The notes: generated by a model from the letters alone, not told the origin. A stretch of DNA of 64,000 bases from Octopus sinensis (GCF_006345805.1 NC_043010.1:50902001-50966000), one strand, 5' to 3'. Shown: positions 38,549 to 52,606, numbered from the stretch's first letter. A program made the numbers and translations.

Positions 38549-39088
38549 TACTAGCAGAAATACCCGTCGTTAACTGGGCTCAGAAAGAGTCTTCAAAAAT
38601 TATACCCTGATTTATGAAAGTTACTGCTTCGATATTATTGAATGTTTTGTAGCAGAATCTCCGCAACATCTTATTGCCACGTTTCGGCCCCAAAAGTTAT
38701 ATTTTACTAATGGGTCTGGTGATAGTCTCTTCAGCTCTTTCTCTTTTCCTACGCTGAGATTGCATAGGTAGTCCAAATCTAATTTTTTTTTGGAGGCATT
38801 GTAGTAGGGTGAATTAATCTATATGACAGGGGACTTAACTCATGTTAGCAAACTTATGGATTTCACCGACGTAAAAATGGTAAAAGTTATGGTTGGACAG
38901 CTATTTTTACCGCTATCCAAGGTTGCCTTGGGAAAAATAAGTTGACAAAAGCACAGCCATGGTTGTGACCAATGTTCTCCTAAAATTGGAGTGACATGCA
39001 TGCTAATTTGTGGACGTGCATAAAGTACATTCCCGTACACACACACACACAGATATACACACACATCCTGCCTCTTATAGATATAGAT
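38549..39088 (+). mobile_element. Second HINE-like element
   Basis: TACTAGCAGAAATACCCGTCGTTAACTGGG start, CA microsatellite, TTATAGATATAGAT end; parallels 1978-2364. Confidence 0.5.
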
Positions 39089-42000
39089 GATGCATGGACG
39101 CCAGAGAAATATGTTCTGTATATTACATGTGATGCACAGGAAAGGCAGAGGGTTAATTGACAGAAAAATTATCAATTAGAATAATCACATCAATTAATTA
39201 TCATATATCTCAATGATGGTTTGAAAGTAATTTAAAAAGAAAACATAGAAAAAAGAAAAAGAAAAATAGGAAAAAATATTAGAAAATACACAACTGAAGT
39301 TATTGCATGGGACACTGGATTGAAATCAAAATTGCTTTGTGGTATTTGTTCTGGCTCTTTATGCTTTGAGTTCAAATCCTGTTGATGTCAACTTTGCCTT
39401 TCATCCTTCTGGAGTTGATTACCAATTTAGTATTGTGAGTCAATGATATTGACCACCCACCAACTTGATGTTGCAGGCCTTCTGCCTTTCTAGAAACAAC
39501 TATTAAACACATACATGGTTGTGTGGTTAGGAAGCTTGCTTTGCAATCATGTTGTTTCAGGTTCAGTCCCACTGTGTGGCATCTTGGGCGAGTGTCTTAA
39601 CTATAGCCAAGAGACAACTAATGCCTTCTGAGTGAATTTGGTAGACAGAAAGTGTGGAAGCTCATAGTATATGTGTGAGTGTGTGTGTGTGTGCGTGCGC
39701 ATGTGTGTGCCCCCTACCACTCAACAACTGGTGTTGGTTTGTTTACATCCCCATAATTTAGCAGTTTCAGCAAAAGAAATTGATAGAATAAGAACCTTGA
39801 CCAAACCCTTCAAGGTGTTCTAGCATGGTTGCAGTCCAATGACTGAAACCAGTAAAAGATAAAAACATGACAATTAGCAAACAAACAAAAGACAATTTTG
39901 TAATTGTAACCAACAGGCAGACAGATAAGTATATCTGATCTTGAGTCAAGTACATCAACATCAAAAATCAATGGAAATTGTAGTTGTGATCCCTGTGCCG
40001 GTGGCACGTAAAAAGCACCATCCAAACATGGCCAATGCCAGCGCCACCTCGACTGCCTTCTGTGCTGGTGGCACGTAAAAAGCACCATCCGAACATGGCC
40101 AATGCCAGCACCTCCTTGACTGGCTTCCATGCTGGTGGCAGTAAAAAGAACCAATCCGATCATGGCCGTTGCCAGCCTCACCTGGCACCTGTACTGGTGG
40201 CACGTAAAAAGCACCCACTACACTCACGGAGTGGTTGGTGTTAGGAAGGGTATCCAGCTGTAGAAACACTGCCAGATCACACTGGGGCCTGGTGCAGCCT
40301 TCTGGCTTCCCAGATCCCAGTCGAACCGTCCAACCCATGCTAGCATGGAAAATGGATGTTAAACGATGATGATGATGATTCTAAAACAACTTTGAGGCTA
40401 CACTTCATAAAGGGAACATGCAGATGCAACAATTCAGTGATAAGGGTTATGATTTTTTATGCTAGTTTTGTCTTCTAATCACTTTTGTTACTGTTAGAAC
40501 AGCTCCCCATGAAAAACTAATGTATTTTTTAGCATACTATTTGACATAGTGTAAAGAAACATTGTCAGTTCTTTCCAATTCCTGCTGTATTTCACACAGG
40601 ATTTTTGGTCCTCCAAAGTCATCTTGGTGTATAAGTTGACCTATCTGTTTTGGTGATTAATTTTGGTCTGAAAAATTTGACTCGTATGCTAGAAAATACA
40701 GTATTTACAATACCATTTATTATCCAGAATAAATTATCTGGTTGTAAAGATTTTGCAATCAATATCCAAAGAAATAACTAACATACTAGAGACTAGCATG
40801 TTCTCTGTAGGAGATAATGAAAGTGCCTCTATGTAGTTGCTTAGGCTGCTAGAAATAGCAGCTTAAATTTCTCAAACCTCTTACTGTCTTAAGGAAGGAA
40901 AGGACACATTAGATCAGTGACTCTCAAGTAGAGAACATATGACCCTTAGGTCATATCTCATATATAATTTCGTTCTCTTTTACTCTTTTACTTGTTTCAG
41001 TCATTTGATTGCGGACATGCTGGAGCACCACCTTTAGTCAAGCAAATCAACCCCAGGACTTATTCTTTGTAAGCCTAGTACTTATTCTATCGGTCTCTTT
41101 TGCCGAACCACTAAGTTACAGGGATGTAAACACACCAACATCAGTTGCCAAGCGATGTTGGCGGGGACAAACACAGACACACAAACATATACATATGTAC
41201 GACGGGCTTCTTTCAGTTTCTGTCTACCAAATCCACTCACAAGGCTTTGGTGGGATGAGGCTATAGTAGACTGAACCTGAAACTATGTGGTTGGTAAGCA
41301 AGCTACTTACCACACAGCCACTCCTGCGCCTAAAATGCTTTCTATAAAACTTTAATTAATTCATGTCTTGTGTTTTATGCAATAGATATTGATTTCTGCC
41401 ATGTGTGTGCATGCATGTGTGTGTGTAATAGAAAGAGAAGGCAAGAATTTAAACCTTTTACCATGGAAAACAGATATATCCATTCAAGATTTCATCACTT
41501 TTAACTGTGGAAAGCAGTTTCATGTAACCAAGATATCTTTTGTCGATGAATGCCATGTTTGAAATTATTTTCTATTGAGATATGGCCAAATTTATTGGGA
41601 CAATGTGACTTGCAGAAAGCACCGATTCTATCATTTTTTTGGTGGATATTTTTAACATCATTACTGGAATAAACTTAATTTTTGCAGTTAAAGGGTTCAA
41701 AAGAATTCTAAGAATTTTACAAATAAAATTTAAAAATAAGGAGAGAGAAAAAAAAAACTAAACTAATTTTTACAATAATGTAGATATAAAAATTCACTAA
41801 ATATAAAACTAGACAGAAAAAATAGTATAGTCCAAATATGGTTTGCACTGATTTTCATAAAATCTACATTAAAAAAGAAAAATTAGAGAAAAAATTTAGT
41901 TCATGTTGGAGCATGCAGCTACTGTGTCTGTGTGTGCATGAGAGAGAGAGAGAAAGAGAAAAAAGGAGGGCAGCAAAATAGTTTTCCAAGGACTAAAATA

Positions 42001-44689
42001 AGAAAAAGAAAAAAAACTTACTTTAAATGAATAAAACTCTTCTAAATCATGCAGATGGCTGGTGAATCATTTTATGTATAGAAGTTACAAAATTTGATGG
42101 CATATAAGATGCATTACTCCCCCCCCCCCCCCCCCAAAAACCCCAAAACAAACTAGAAAACAAAAGCAATACATGGTGAATTCTATAGGTGACAATGCTC
42201 TAATTCAGAGTTTCTCAACCATTTTTTTATCAATGGAATCCTTTGAGTCCTATCTATTTCACTCAGATGCACCCCCAAAGCCATTTGTTGTTTTAAAATT
42301 CCAATAGGCATAGGAGTGGCTGTGTGGTAAGTATAGCCATATAAGTATAAGGCAGTGAGCTGGCAGAAACGTTAGCACGCCGGGCGAAATGCTTTGCGGT
42401 ATTTCGTCTGCCGTTATGTTGTGAGTTCAAATTCCGCCGAGGTCAACTTTGCCTTTCATCCTTTTGTGGTCAATAAATTAAGTACCAGTTATGCACTGGG
42501 GTCAATGTAATCGACTTAATACCTATGTCTGTCCTTGTTTGTCCCCTCTGTGTTTAGCTCCTTGTGGGTAATAAAGAAATAGGTAAGTATAGGCGTAGGA
42601 ATGGCTGTGTCATGCAGAATCTTCCTAAGGACTATGTTAAGGGCATGCATGTCTATGGAGTCCTCAGCCACTTGCACTCCAAAGATGTATGCAATTCATC
42701 AAGTTCTCTTTATTGAACAACCATCCGAGCCACCACATCCGGGTAGCATACGTTATCCAAAAGTCAATTTGCATTAAGTCCATTATTTGCTTGGTGCTGC
42801 TTTTATGGATAATGGGAGAATGAAAACCTAAGTTGATCTTGGTAAGATCTACCATAAATCCTCAAGTGTAGTCTGCCCTTGAGTATAATATGCAGGGGAT
42901 TTTTAGGGGGCTGTACCTCTGAAAAACCTAAACCTTGTGTATAATATGCAACCCTTCTCTAACTTGAGTCAAGGAGGTCTATATAATGTCCTTGGTTTGT
43001 AAAAATGTATACGGTAACGTCCTTTATTATTATTGTATGTATAAAATAATGCAAATGTGTAGCTTTTTTGTGCATTCTGTTTGTGGAAAATAAATAAATA
43101 CCAGTAATAACGTTTAATAAATGTTGCTTACTACAAGTTATGGATGATTCTTTTATGATTTCATTGCTTTCAGGCTTACCTTAAGGTATTTTTGCACCCG
43201 ACATCACAAAATGCATCTGAATAAACATTGCCGGACAGCAAATAGAGACTCGGACATTGCTTGGAAAATAATTTTCATTTTAAACCTCGTATATAGTACG
43301 CACTAGGGATTTTGACCATTAAATTTTGGGAAAAAAATGCGGATTATACTCGAGGATTTACAGTAAGCCTTTAGTATTCAGATTACTGGCTGTGTGATAA
43401 AAGTTTGGTTCCCATGATTCTGGGTTTAGTCCAACTGCATAGCAGAACCCTGGGCAAGTGTCTTCTACTAAAGTCCCTTGTGAGTGGATTTGGTGGACGG
43501 AAACTGAAAGAAGCCCATGTGCATGTGTATGTGTGTCGTTGTGTTTGTCCTCCCCACCACCACTTGATAACCAGTGTTGGTTTGTTTACATCCTGTAACT
43601 TATTCTTTCAGTCTTTTCTGCTGAACTGCTAAGTTCCAGGCTTAAAAAGAAAAATAAGTGCAGGGGTTGATTAGTTCGACCAAGCCCTTAAAGATAGTAC
43701 CTCAGCTTGGCCACAGTCCAATGAATGAAACAAGCAAGAGATAAATCATAGATTCAAGATTTCAAAGATGTGATTGCTTATTTTTAGAATGACATTATAG
43801 GGTATGTGTAAAAAGTCACGGGCAATTTAAATACTTAAGTGCTAAATTCAGAATGTGAAGAGCCACTACAAAATACTGCAAGGCATTTTGTTGAATGCTT
43901 TGATAATTATTTTCTACTTAAGGCATAAGGCCCGAAATTATAGGGGAGGGGGCCAGTCGGTTAGATCGACCCCAGTACGCAACTGGTACTTAATTTATCG
44001 ACCCCAAAAGTATGAAAGGCAAAGTCGACCTCGGGGGAATTTGAACTCAGAATGTAAAGACAGACAAGAATGCTTTGATAATTCCACCCATCCAAAACCT
44101 CCTATTGTGCTCCAAGAATATATTCCAATGCAAGACCATAAATTTATAGAAAAAGAGATAGGCACTGAGTGATATTCATGCTCTCTTCTCAAGAGACATT
44201 AGCTTAAATTAAATTAATTAGCTTAAATTCTTTCAACCAAGAATCAAAAGAAAGCTGTTGATACAGCTCATAAGAAAAAACAGGAAAAACAGCTTGTCTT
44301 AGAGTGCTCAATAAGGTGACTGGAGAAAAGTGAAAGAAGGAATGAGAAAACCAAAAAAAGGTGCCAAGTGCATTCAGTGTGTAGTTTTCTTTTACCTATT
44401 TAAAATGAAAATAATTTTAAAAATCCCTGTTTCAATATTTATATTTACTTTATAAGCATGGCCGTGTGGTTTAGAAACTTGCTTTGCAACCACATGGTTT
44501 TGGGCTCAGTCCCACATTGCGTCACCTCGGGCAAGTGTCTTCTGCTATAACCCCGAGCTGACCAATGCCCTTGTAAGTGAATTTGATAGACAAAATGTAT
44601 GTAGAAACCCTATTGTGTAAGTGTGTGTATATATAGATATGTGCATATGTTTTGTGTGTGTGTGCTTTGTATCCGTGAATGTGTGATGC

Positions 44690-44720
<31 letters not shown>

Positions 44721-44726
44721 AATATA

Positions 44727-45558
44727 CAGAGTGTGATGGGTAAATTGTCACCACTTTATATCTTTAACTTCGTGCATGTACATGGTTTGTTTTTAATTTT
44801 GTCAACTACATAGTATAGTAGGGTCAGTTGGGCACTGTCTGTGAGAAAAACAGCACCGCGATGCAATTCACTCTGCCAGAAACTTGGAAACAACATGCTG
44901 CTTGGCATTTGCACTGAAAGTGATAAAAATTATGCTGAAAGTGATAAAAATCAAACATCCAGTCAACATCATAGTGTTTAGAGTGATCACTAGTGATGGC
45001 AACATTATGCCTCCATTCATTGTCACGCACAACCTCAGACTCAACCTGGAAACCCACATCAAGTGCCTGGAGGAGGTAGTGCTGCCCTGGATCAAGAAGG
45101 TGATTGCTGGAAGATCCCATGTCTGGCAACAGGGCTCTGCACCATGCCACACAAGCAAGAGAACCCAGTCATGGCTGCCAGACAATTTCTGTGACCACAC
45201 CACCCCTAACATCTGGCCACCTAACTCCCCAGACTGCAACCTCCTTGATTATTATGTGTGGGGCGCAGTTGAGTGAGAGACCAACAAAACTCCTTGTCAC
45301 ATAAAAGATGAACTGAAGGCAAGTATTATGACAATATTCACCAACTTAAACAAGGAGACCCTCCAGAACAGTTGCAGGAGATTCTGAAGTCATCTGGAAG
45401 CCATGGTTGAAGCCAATGGCGATTTTATTGAATAAATTTACTCATTAGTATTTCGAGATATTTTTTTGTAATTTTGGTAAATATATCTGTTAAAAAGAGA
45501 TGTCAGTGTTATTTTCATTTTTGAGTAATTTAGATGACAGTTTATTTACTACACCCTG
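44727..45558 (+). mobile_element. Internally deleted maT (DD37D-type) Tc1/mariner element
   Basis: TA-flanked imperfect ~26-bp TIRs (CAGAGTGTGATGGGTAAATTGTCACC / CAGGGTGTAGTAAATAAACTGTCATC); WQQGSAPCHTS...WPPNSPDCNLLDYYVWGAVE with the second catalytic D changed to G. Confidence 0.75.
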
Positions 45559-45892
45559 TATATATATGGAAGAGACAGAGGGGTGTGTGTGCATGTGTGT
45601 GTATAACAGTTGTAGGTTTGGACTAATCCTTTCAATCACCTCCTTTAATTTATTTTCTACTTTCATGATACTCCTTATATATTTTATATATTTTAAGGTT
45701 TTTATGTTTATATTCTTATATTTTATTTTTATGTTTATATTTCTACATTCTTATCATCTAACTCTTAATATAAATATGTGGATATTCAAAATGGAATAAT
45801 ACCTCATGTCATACATCTGAATTATGAATTTGCTTGTCTGAATATTTAAGACAAATATCTGAAATTTTTATCATATACTAAATTTTATATAA

Positions 45893-45946
<54 letters not shown>

Positions 45947-48120
45947 GGTGCCGCTAATATATGAAGTCCCTAGTCTTATCGTTAAAGGCATGAAACTAGG
46001 TGTGAGTATTTTTCGGTTGATGACTGATGAAGAATTAGGGTCCTGGTGTCTGTCCTTCTTGTACGTTTTGTAGTATTTAATACATTTTCTATTTATGGAA
46101 TATCTTAACGCCATGCAACCTGACTTTTGTTAACAGTAAGTTTGTATACATTTTTTGCAGCTCTTTCCTTCTTTCTCTCTCATCTTATTCCTTTTCTAGC
46201 AACTCTACTTCCTCTCTCCCTCTCTCTCGTCTTCTCACACTTAACTGTAGACTTTCTCCCTTTCTTCCCCTGTTCTCTCTCTCTCTGTCCTTCCCTTCTA
46301 TCTGCTACCAACACGTAAATAGTGGCTGTCTTTCTATCTTCTGCCTTTTTTGCCACTGGATGCCTAGCGTGCTGGTCAATTTTTCTCTCTTCTCAATTCT
46401 GTTATTTATATCCATTTGAGGATCTCTCCAAGGCATTAATCCATCATTCTTGTGCTTGGCCCCAAGGCTATATTCATTTGTTGTCATTGTCTATCATTTC
46501 AAATTACTGTATGTCCACCCAGTATTATTTTGTTTGCTCAAGCCCTAATACTCCGCAAATCTTGCGGGTGCCACCAATATATGAAGTTCCTAGTCTTATC
46601 ATTAAAGGCATGAAACTAGGCATAAGTATTTTTCTGTTGATAACTATATGCACAATGAGCTTCTATCAGTTTTTGTCTATCAATTCCACTCACACAGCTT
46701 TAAATCAGCCTAGATCTATGATAGAAGAGACTTGCTCAAGTTTCCACACAGGAGGACTGAACCCAGAACCAAGTGGTTGGGAAGCAAACTTCTTAACCAC
46801 ACAGCCACACCTTTGCCAAATGCACGTCTGCACCAACCATATGCTACAATTGTTGATACCTTAGACACAAAGTGGCTATGATGAAGGCAATAAGTAAATA
46901 AAATTAAAAAAACCAGAGTAGCCTGTTTGTGAAATTAATATGCACGTGGTTGAGCACTCCACAGGCACATGTGTCCTTATTGTAGTTCTCAGGGAGATTC
47001 AGTGTGACACAAAGCATAACAAAGCTAGCCCTTTGAAATACAGGTACTACTCATTTTTGCCAGCTGAGTGAACTGGAGCAATGTGAAATAAAGTGTCTTG
47101 CTGAAGGACACAACATGTTACTGGAAATTGAACTCCTAACCTTGTGATCATAAGCTGAATACCCTAACCACTAAGCCACCTGCCCTCACAGAAGGCAACA
47201 AGTAATGTAGCATTAACTCTGTGTGTGTGTTTATATATATATATATAAAATTATTCTTATACAAGAATACTGCTGACAGTGACTTCGAAGTTTCAGTTAT
47301 GTCATTGTTGGGCAGTCCAACAATGGCTTAACTGGCCGAAACTTTTATTATAACTGAACACAAAAACAAATGTTAGTATATAAATTATAGCTACAGCTTG
47401 ATGTAACAGAACGAGGCCTACTCTATTTTCTACCCTTCTAAAATTTCACTGGGAACATGGAGCTGGAATTAAATATCCCAACACAGGGGTCCCCAACTAT
47501 CAGGTCACGGACACAGACCAGAACCAGATCGTGGATTATTTGGTACTGGGCCACACAGAAAGAACAAGTTTTTAAACTATTTCTATTTTATTGGCTATTG
47601 TGCAGTCTCCATGATGTTTTTGCCTTATATATGTACTGTATGTGTATTAGATATAACGGAAGTGCATGGCTTAGTGGTTGGCATGTTAGACTCATGATTG
47701 TAAGATTGTGGTTTTGATTCCTGCACTGGGCAATGCATTGTCTTCTTGAGCAAAACACTTCTTTTCATGTTGCTTCAGTTAACTCAGCGAGTAAAAATGA
47801 GTAATCTTGCAATGGTCTAGTGTCCTGTCCTGGGAAGAATATATACATCAGGAAAACCAGGAAACCGGCCTTATGCTCCTTATGGAGTAATGCAGACTAA
47901 CCTTGTATTATACATGTAATGATTAAATTATATATTATGCACTTTATTGTGTCTTGTTATGTGCATGATCTCCAAGTCTATGGAATAATTGTCTTTCATG
48001 AAAACGGCTGAAGATAGTTGCCCTAAGGCTTTTACTTAGTATAGTAACTTTACTGTTACTGAGAACTTTGGAGTTATTTAGGACTTCCTAAGATATCCCT
48101 TCTTTCTTTATACCTTTAAC

Positions 48121-48560
48121 CCTCCAACGCGGAGTATAGGCCACTTATAGTTGAATTCCACGTCGCATAATTTTTGGCTTCTGTACTTATACTCTGCCAT
48201 GAATGTCCCCCTTTCTCTAGTTCCTTTTGTATTGATCTCCACCACAAGTTCTTAGGCCTACCTCTCCTTCTATTAAAGCACTTCTAGTAAAGCACTTTTG
48301 GCTACATTTGGTGTGTCTTTTCTAATTGTGCTACCAATCCGTTCCACTTTTTCTTAAATATTTGCTCCCTAATCAAAACTTCATTTGTTCTTTGCCATAG
48401 CTCCATATTGCTTTTGTATTTGGGCCATCTAATTTTAAGTATACTACGCAAGCATCTGTTAATGAATGATTGTATTTGCTTATTTGACTTAACTGTTGTT
48501 CGCCATGTCTCAGCCCCGTACAATAATACCGCTTTTATGTTTAAGATGTCCCATCCTGCA
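48121..48560 (-). mobile_element. RTE-clade LINE 3' fragment
   Basis: NIKAVLLYGAETWRTT...FINRCLRSILKIRWP...SNMELWQRT. Confidence 0.85.
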
Positions 48561-49767
48561 AAAAAAAAAGCTACGCTTTGAAAATACAAATACTGTTATT
48601 GTGCGCTGCTAAGGACAGTATCTCTTAATGAAGAAATTAGAATTGAGAAAAAAAAAATCATAAAAATGGCTAACTTTGATTATTTACATCTGGGAGGTGT
48701 TTGAAGCATTTAGATTTCCTAAAGACTTCCTATTCCACCTCCCAAAAGCTTAACTATCATCTGTATGGAAGAAGAAGATGGAAATTAACTTTAAAACAAT
48801 GGTTCTAGGCATTAAGCTGCATGAATATATATGTATTACAATTAGTTCCCAATGTGCAAGAGTGAGATGTGAAGAGAGAGAGAGGAAGAGAGAGAGAGAG
48901 AGGAAGAGAGAGAAAACTCTTTTAATAATAAATAACAACTGACAGACATGCAGTAAGTGGGAATAAACAGGGCGGCAGAAGTGGAATGTACAGGAAATTT
49001 GCCCATGGCACGAACCTTTCCTGTAAGCAGAGATTTTTGAAGAACTTGGATTTTAGTCAGCAGTGTCTCTTCAAGACAGAATGCCTGCCTCACAGCAATA
49101 TTTTGTATACTTTGTTTTTATATTTAGACTTTACTGAAAAAAGGAACAGAAAGCTATGACAGCTGGAGATATATATGAGAGAGAGAGAGACAGAGAGAGA
49201 GAAAGAAAGAGAGAGAGGAATAACATTTAAGAAAATAAAATCAGAAAAAGGAAGTACATATACACACACGCATACATATATCTGCATACATAATCCAATG
49301 CTAGCATGCTGCTAGTTTTCTCACAGAAACTGTCAGGCGCTTCAGCCCACCATGTTTAAAAAAGAATTCATATTCAAATATTGCACACTGAAGATTTTTA
49401 TGTAATTTTTATGGTGAAACAAGTATCTAACAGTGTTGGTTATAGTGAACTAAATTTAATTAATTCATTCTCTACTTGAAGGTACTGAGTATCTTTTTTT
49501 CATTCATAGCAATTAACACACATACGTATATATATAAACACATGCAGGGGTGGCTGTGTGGTAAGTAACTTGCTTCCCAACCACTTCGTTCCGGGTTCAG
49601 TCCCACTATGTGGCACCTTGGGCAAGTGTCTTCTACTATAGCTTCAGGCTAACCAAAGCCTTGTGAGTGGATTTGGTAGATGGAAACTGAAAGAAGCCCG
49701 CCATATATATATATATATATATATATAATTGATCAAAATAAAATAAAAACATGATGCGAAGGATTCA

Positions 49768-49845
49768 GCGGTACATATGTTTCGGGCCTTTATTAGACAG
49801 ATTTATAACAATGCATAATGTATGTCTGTGGCCTTCTTCAGCCGC
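49768..49845 (-). ncRNA. Type I hammerhead ribozyme motif (PLE-like), intact
   Basis: gcgg-CTGAAGA-A-GGCC[ACAGA...TCTGT]GGCC-C-GAA-ACATATGT-A^ccgc; stem I 4 bp, palindromic stem III, GUA triplet. Confidence 0.8.
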
Positions 49846-52177
49846 GCACAACAGCTTCCACAAGGACATGTGTTACATCAAAAATTCTTGGTTGGGGATG
49901 CAAATCCTCTCATTCACGTACGACATAATGCGGCAGCAGCATAGAGTTGAAGCGTCCATCTCTTTCTTCTCTCAATGTAGAATGAGGAAAATTGGATGTT
50001 GAGGTAATGTAAATAAATAAATACATATATAGAGGTGAAGATGGAGGGGCGAGAGTTCGGGACGAGGGATAAAAAATGTATAAAAAGTGTAAGTATAGAA
50101 TAATATAAAAATGTAGAGGATAAAGGGTTGTAAGTAGATGTAAAGGGGGTATAAAGAAATATAAAGTAAAAATAGAAATAGAAATAAAAGTAAAAAAACC
50201 TGGTAAAAACATGATAAAAGTGTAAAAGAATGTAAAGATAAGGGATGTATAGAGGTTATGGACCAAGCATGGTGGTCAGGAGATTGATAAAATTTAGTTG
50301 TAGAATTGTCAGTACATCAACAGTTTCGTCTGGGGACTTAATGCGTTGTAAATCAGAGCTGATGAGCATTTAATCTGGTTCCTTGAATTAAATGGACTTC
50401 TAGTACATACATATCATCATGGATATATACACCCACATACACGCGTACATATACGCCTCCAAGCCTATAAGCATACACACGCACTCGCATGTAAACACGT
50501 ACATAAACACACACGCACCCACACGCACGCGCGTACACACACATACATACAACAGAATATCCGCATATATACACGGACATTACACGCTCACATGTATATA
50601 CGCGCGCCCATCACTACATACACACACGTATATGCCCACGCCTCTAGGTCCAGGTATAAGATATTAAAGGATGTGTATAAGAACGTATGTAAAGAATCCC
50701 GTACTCATCCAATTTTCAGTTCCCCCCGCCCGCCCCTACGTTTAACACACACCTCTAACTTTCAACCACCTTCATCTCATGTTAAACTTTACAAAATTAT
50801 ATTTTTATCTTATTTTATTTTATTTTTACTTTTATTTTTACTTTTATCCTACTTCCATTTATTTTTATTTTATTTTTAATTTTATTTTTACTTTTATTCT
50901 ACTTCCATTTATTCTCATTTTCATTTTCATCCTTACCTTAACTCTTATAATTTTTATAATTCTTATACTTCATTTCTAACTATTACATTGTATTTCTTAT
51001 TTTATACTGTATTTTTTATTTCTAATCTTTACCCTTACCCTCATTCTTACCCTAACTTATTGCTTTACACCTCTATATATGTTTATTTACTTACCTATGG
51101 ATCCACCTTTTGAATATACGAGCGTCCGCGTACGTGTGTATACGCATACATACATATGCACGCGCATATATGTACATGCATACTTCGATATCTTATAGCT
51201 ATACCCATGTGCGCGTGTGTCTCTGTGTGTGTATATGAGTGTATATGTGCACGCACATACGGACACACAGCCGTGTGTGCGTGCGCGTATTGACATGAGT
51301 ACGGGATTCTTTACATACGTTCTTATACACATCCTTTAATATCTTATACCTGGACCTAGAGGCGTGTGGGCATATACGTGGTGTATGTAGTGATGGGCGC
51401 GCGTATATACATGTGAGTGTATGTACGCGCGTAATGTCCGTGTATATATGCGGATATTCTGTTGTATGTATGTGTGTGTGTGTACGCGCGTGCGTGTGGG
51501 TGCGTGTGTGTGTGTGTTTATGTACGTGTTTACACGCGAGTGCGTGTGTATGCTTATAGGCTTGGAGGCGTATATGTACGCGTGTATGTGGGTGTATATA
51601 TCCATGATGATATGTATGTACTAGAAGTCCATTTAATTCAAGGAACCAGATTAAATGCTCATCAGCTCTGATTTACAACGCATTAAGTCCCCAGACGAAA
51701 CTGTTGATGTACTGACAATTCTACAACTAAATTTTATCAATCTCCTGACCACCATGCTTGGTCCATAACCTCTATACATCCCTTATCTTTACATTCTTTT
51801 ACACTTTTATCATGTTTTTACCAGGTTTTTTTACTTTTATTTCTATTTCTATTTTACTTTATATTTCTTTATACCCCCTTTACATCTACTTACAACCCTT
51901 TATCCTCTACATTTTTATATTATTCTATACTTACACTTTTTATACATTTTTATCCCTCGTCCCGAACTCTCGCCCCTCCATCTTCACCTCTATATATGTA
52001 TTTATTTATTTACATTACCTCAACATCCAATTTTCCTCATTCTACATGAGAGAGAAGAAAGAGATGGACGCTTCAACTCTATGCTGCTGCCGCATTATGT
52101 CGTACGTGAATGAGAGGATTTGCATCCCCAACCAAGAATTTTTGATGTAACACATGTCCTTGTGGAAGCTGTTGTGC

Positions 52178-52255
52178 GCGGCTGAAGAAGGCCACAGACA
52201 TACATTATGCATTGTTATAAATCTGTCTAATAAAGGCCCGAAACATATGTACGGC
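52178..52255 (+). ncRNA. Type I hammerhead motif, mirror copy with a stem I mismatch
   Basis: Same core as 49768-49845, but the 3' strand of stem I reads cggc instead of ccgc. Confidence 0.7.
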
Positions 52256-52402
52256 TGAATCCTTCGCATCATGTTTTTATTTTATTTTGATCAATTTACT
52301 CCACCACCTACACCACCAAACGGTATACACAGGTGCTTATAATTATCAAGTACTCACCCCGAATTTCTATACTCAACTATATATTTATTATATATATATA
52401 TA

Positions 52403-52506
<104 letters not shown>

Positions 52507-52606
52507 AATCCAAACATGAAAACACAAAGAGAAAACACAACAACGCGAGGACGTGGAACAAGTATAGTGTACTAGACACTCAGGAAAGGAAAGACAGAAG
52601 GAGGAT

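Larger units (their letters stand above)
49727..52296. mobile_element. Large inverted duplication carrying hammerhead motifs (Penelope-like non-autonomous element)
   Basis: Arms 49727-50708 and 51295-52296 are near-identical reverse complements around a 586-bp spacer; no RT/GIY-YIG ORF seen; inserted in the (TA)n linker of a SINE-A. Confidence 0.8.

Noticed and set aside
46024-46060. CTGATGA next to the direct repeat as a hammerhead
   Set aside because: No stem II or downstream GAAA, and a type II arrangement lacks pairable stems.
51687-51701. GTC-CCCA-GAC-GAAAC half-hammerhead in the right arm, and CTGATGAG with a hairpin on the opposite strand
   Set aside because: Neither strand has both core halves correctly placed (GCATTAA replaces CTGANGA; GAC replaces GAA).
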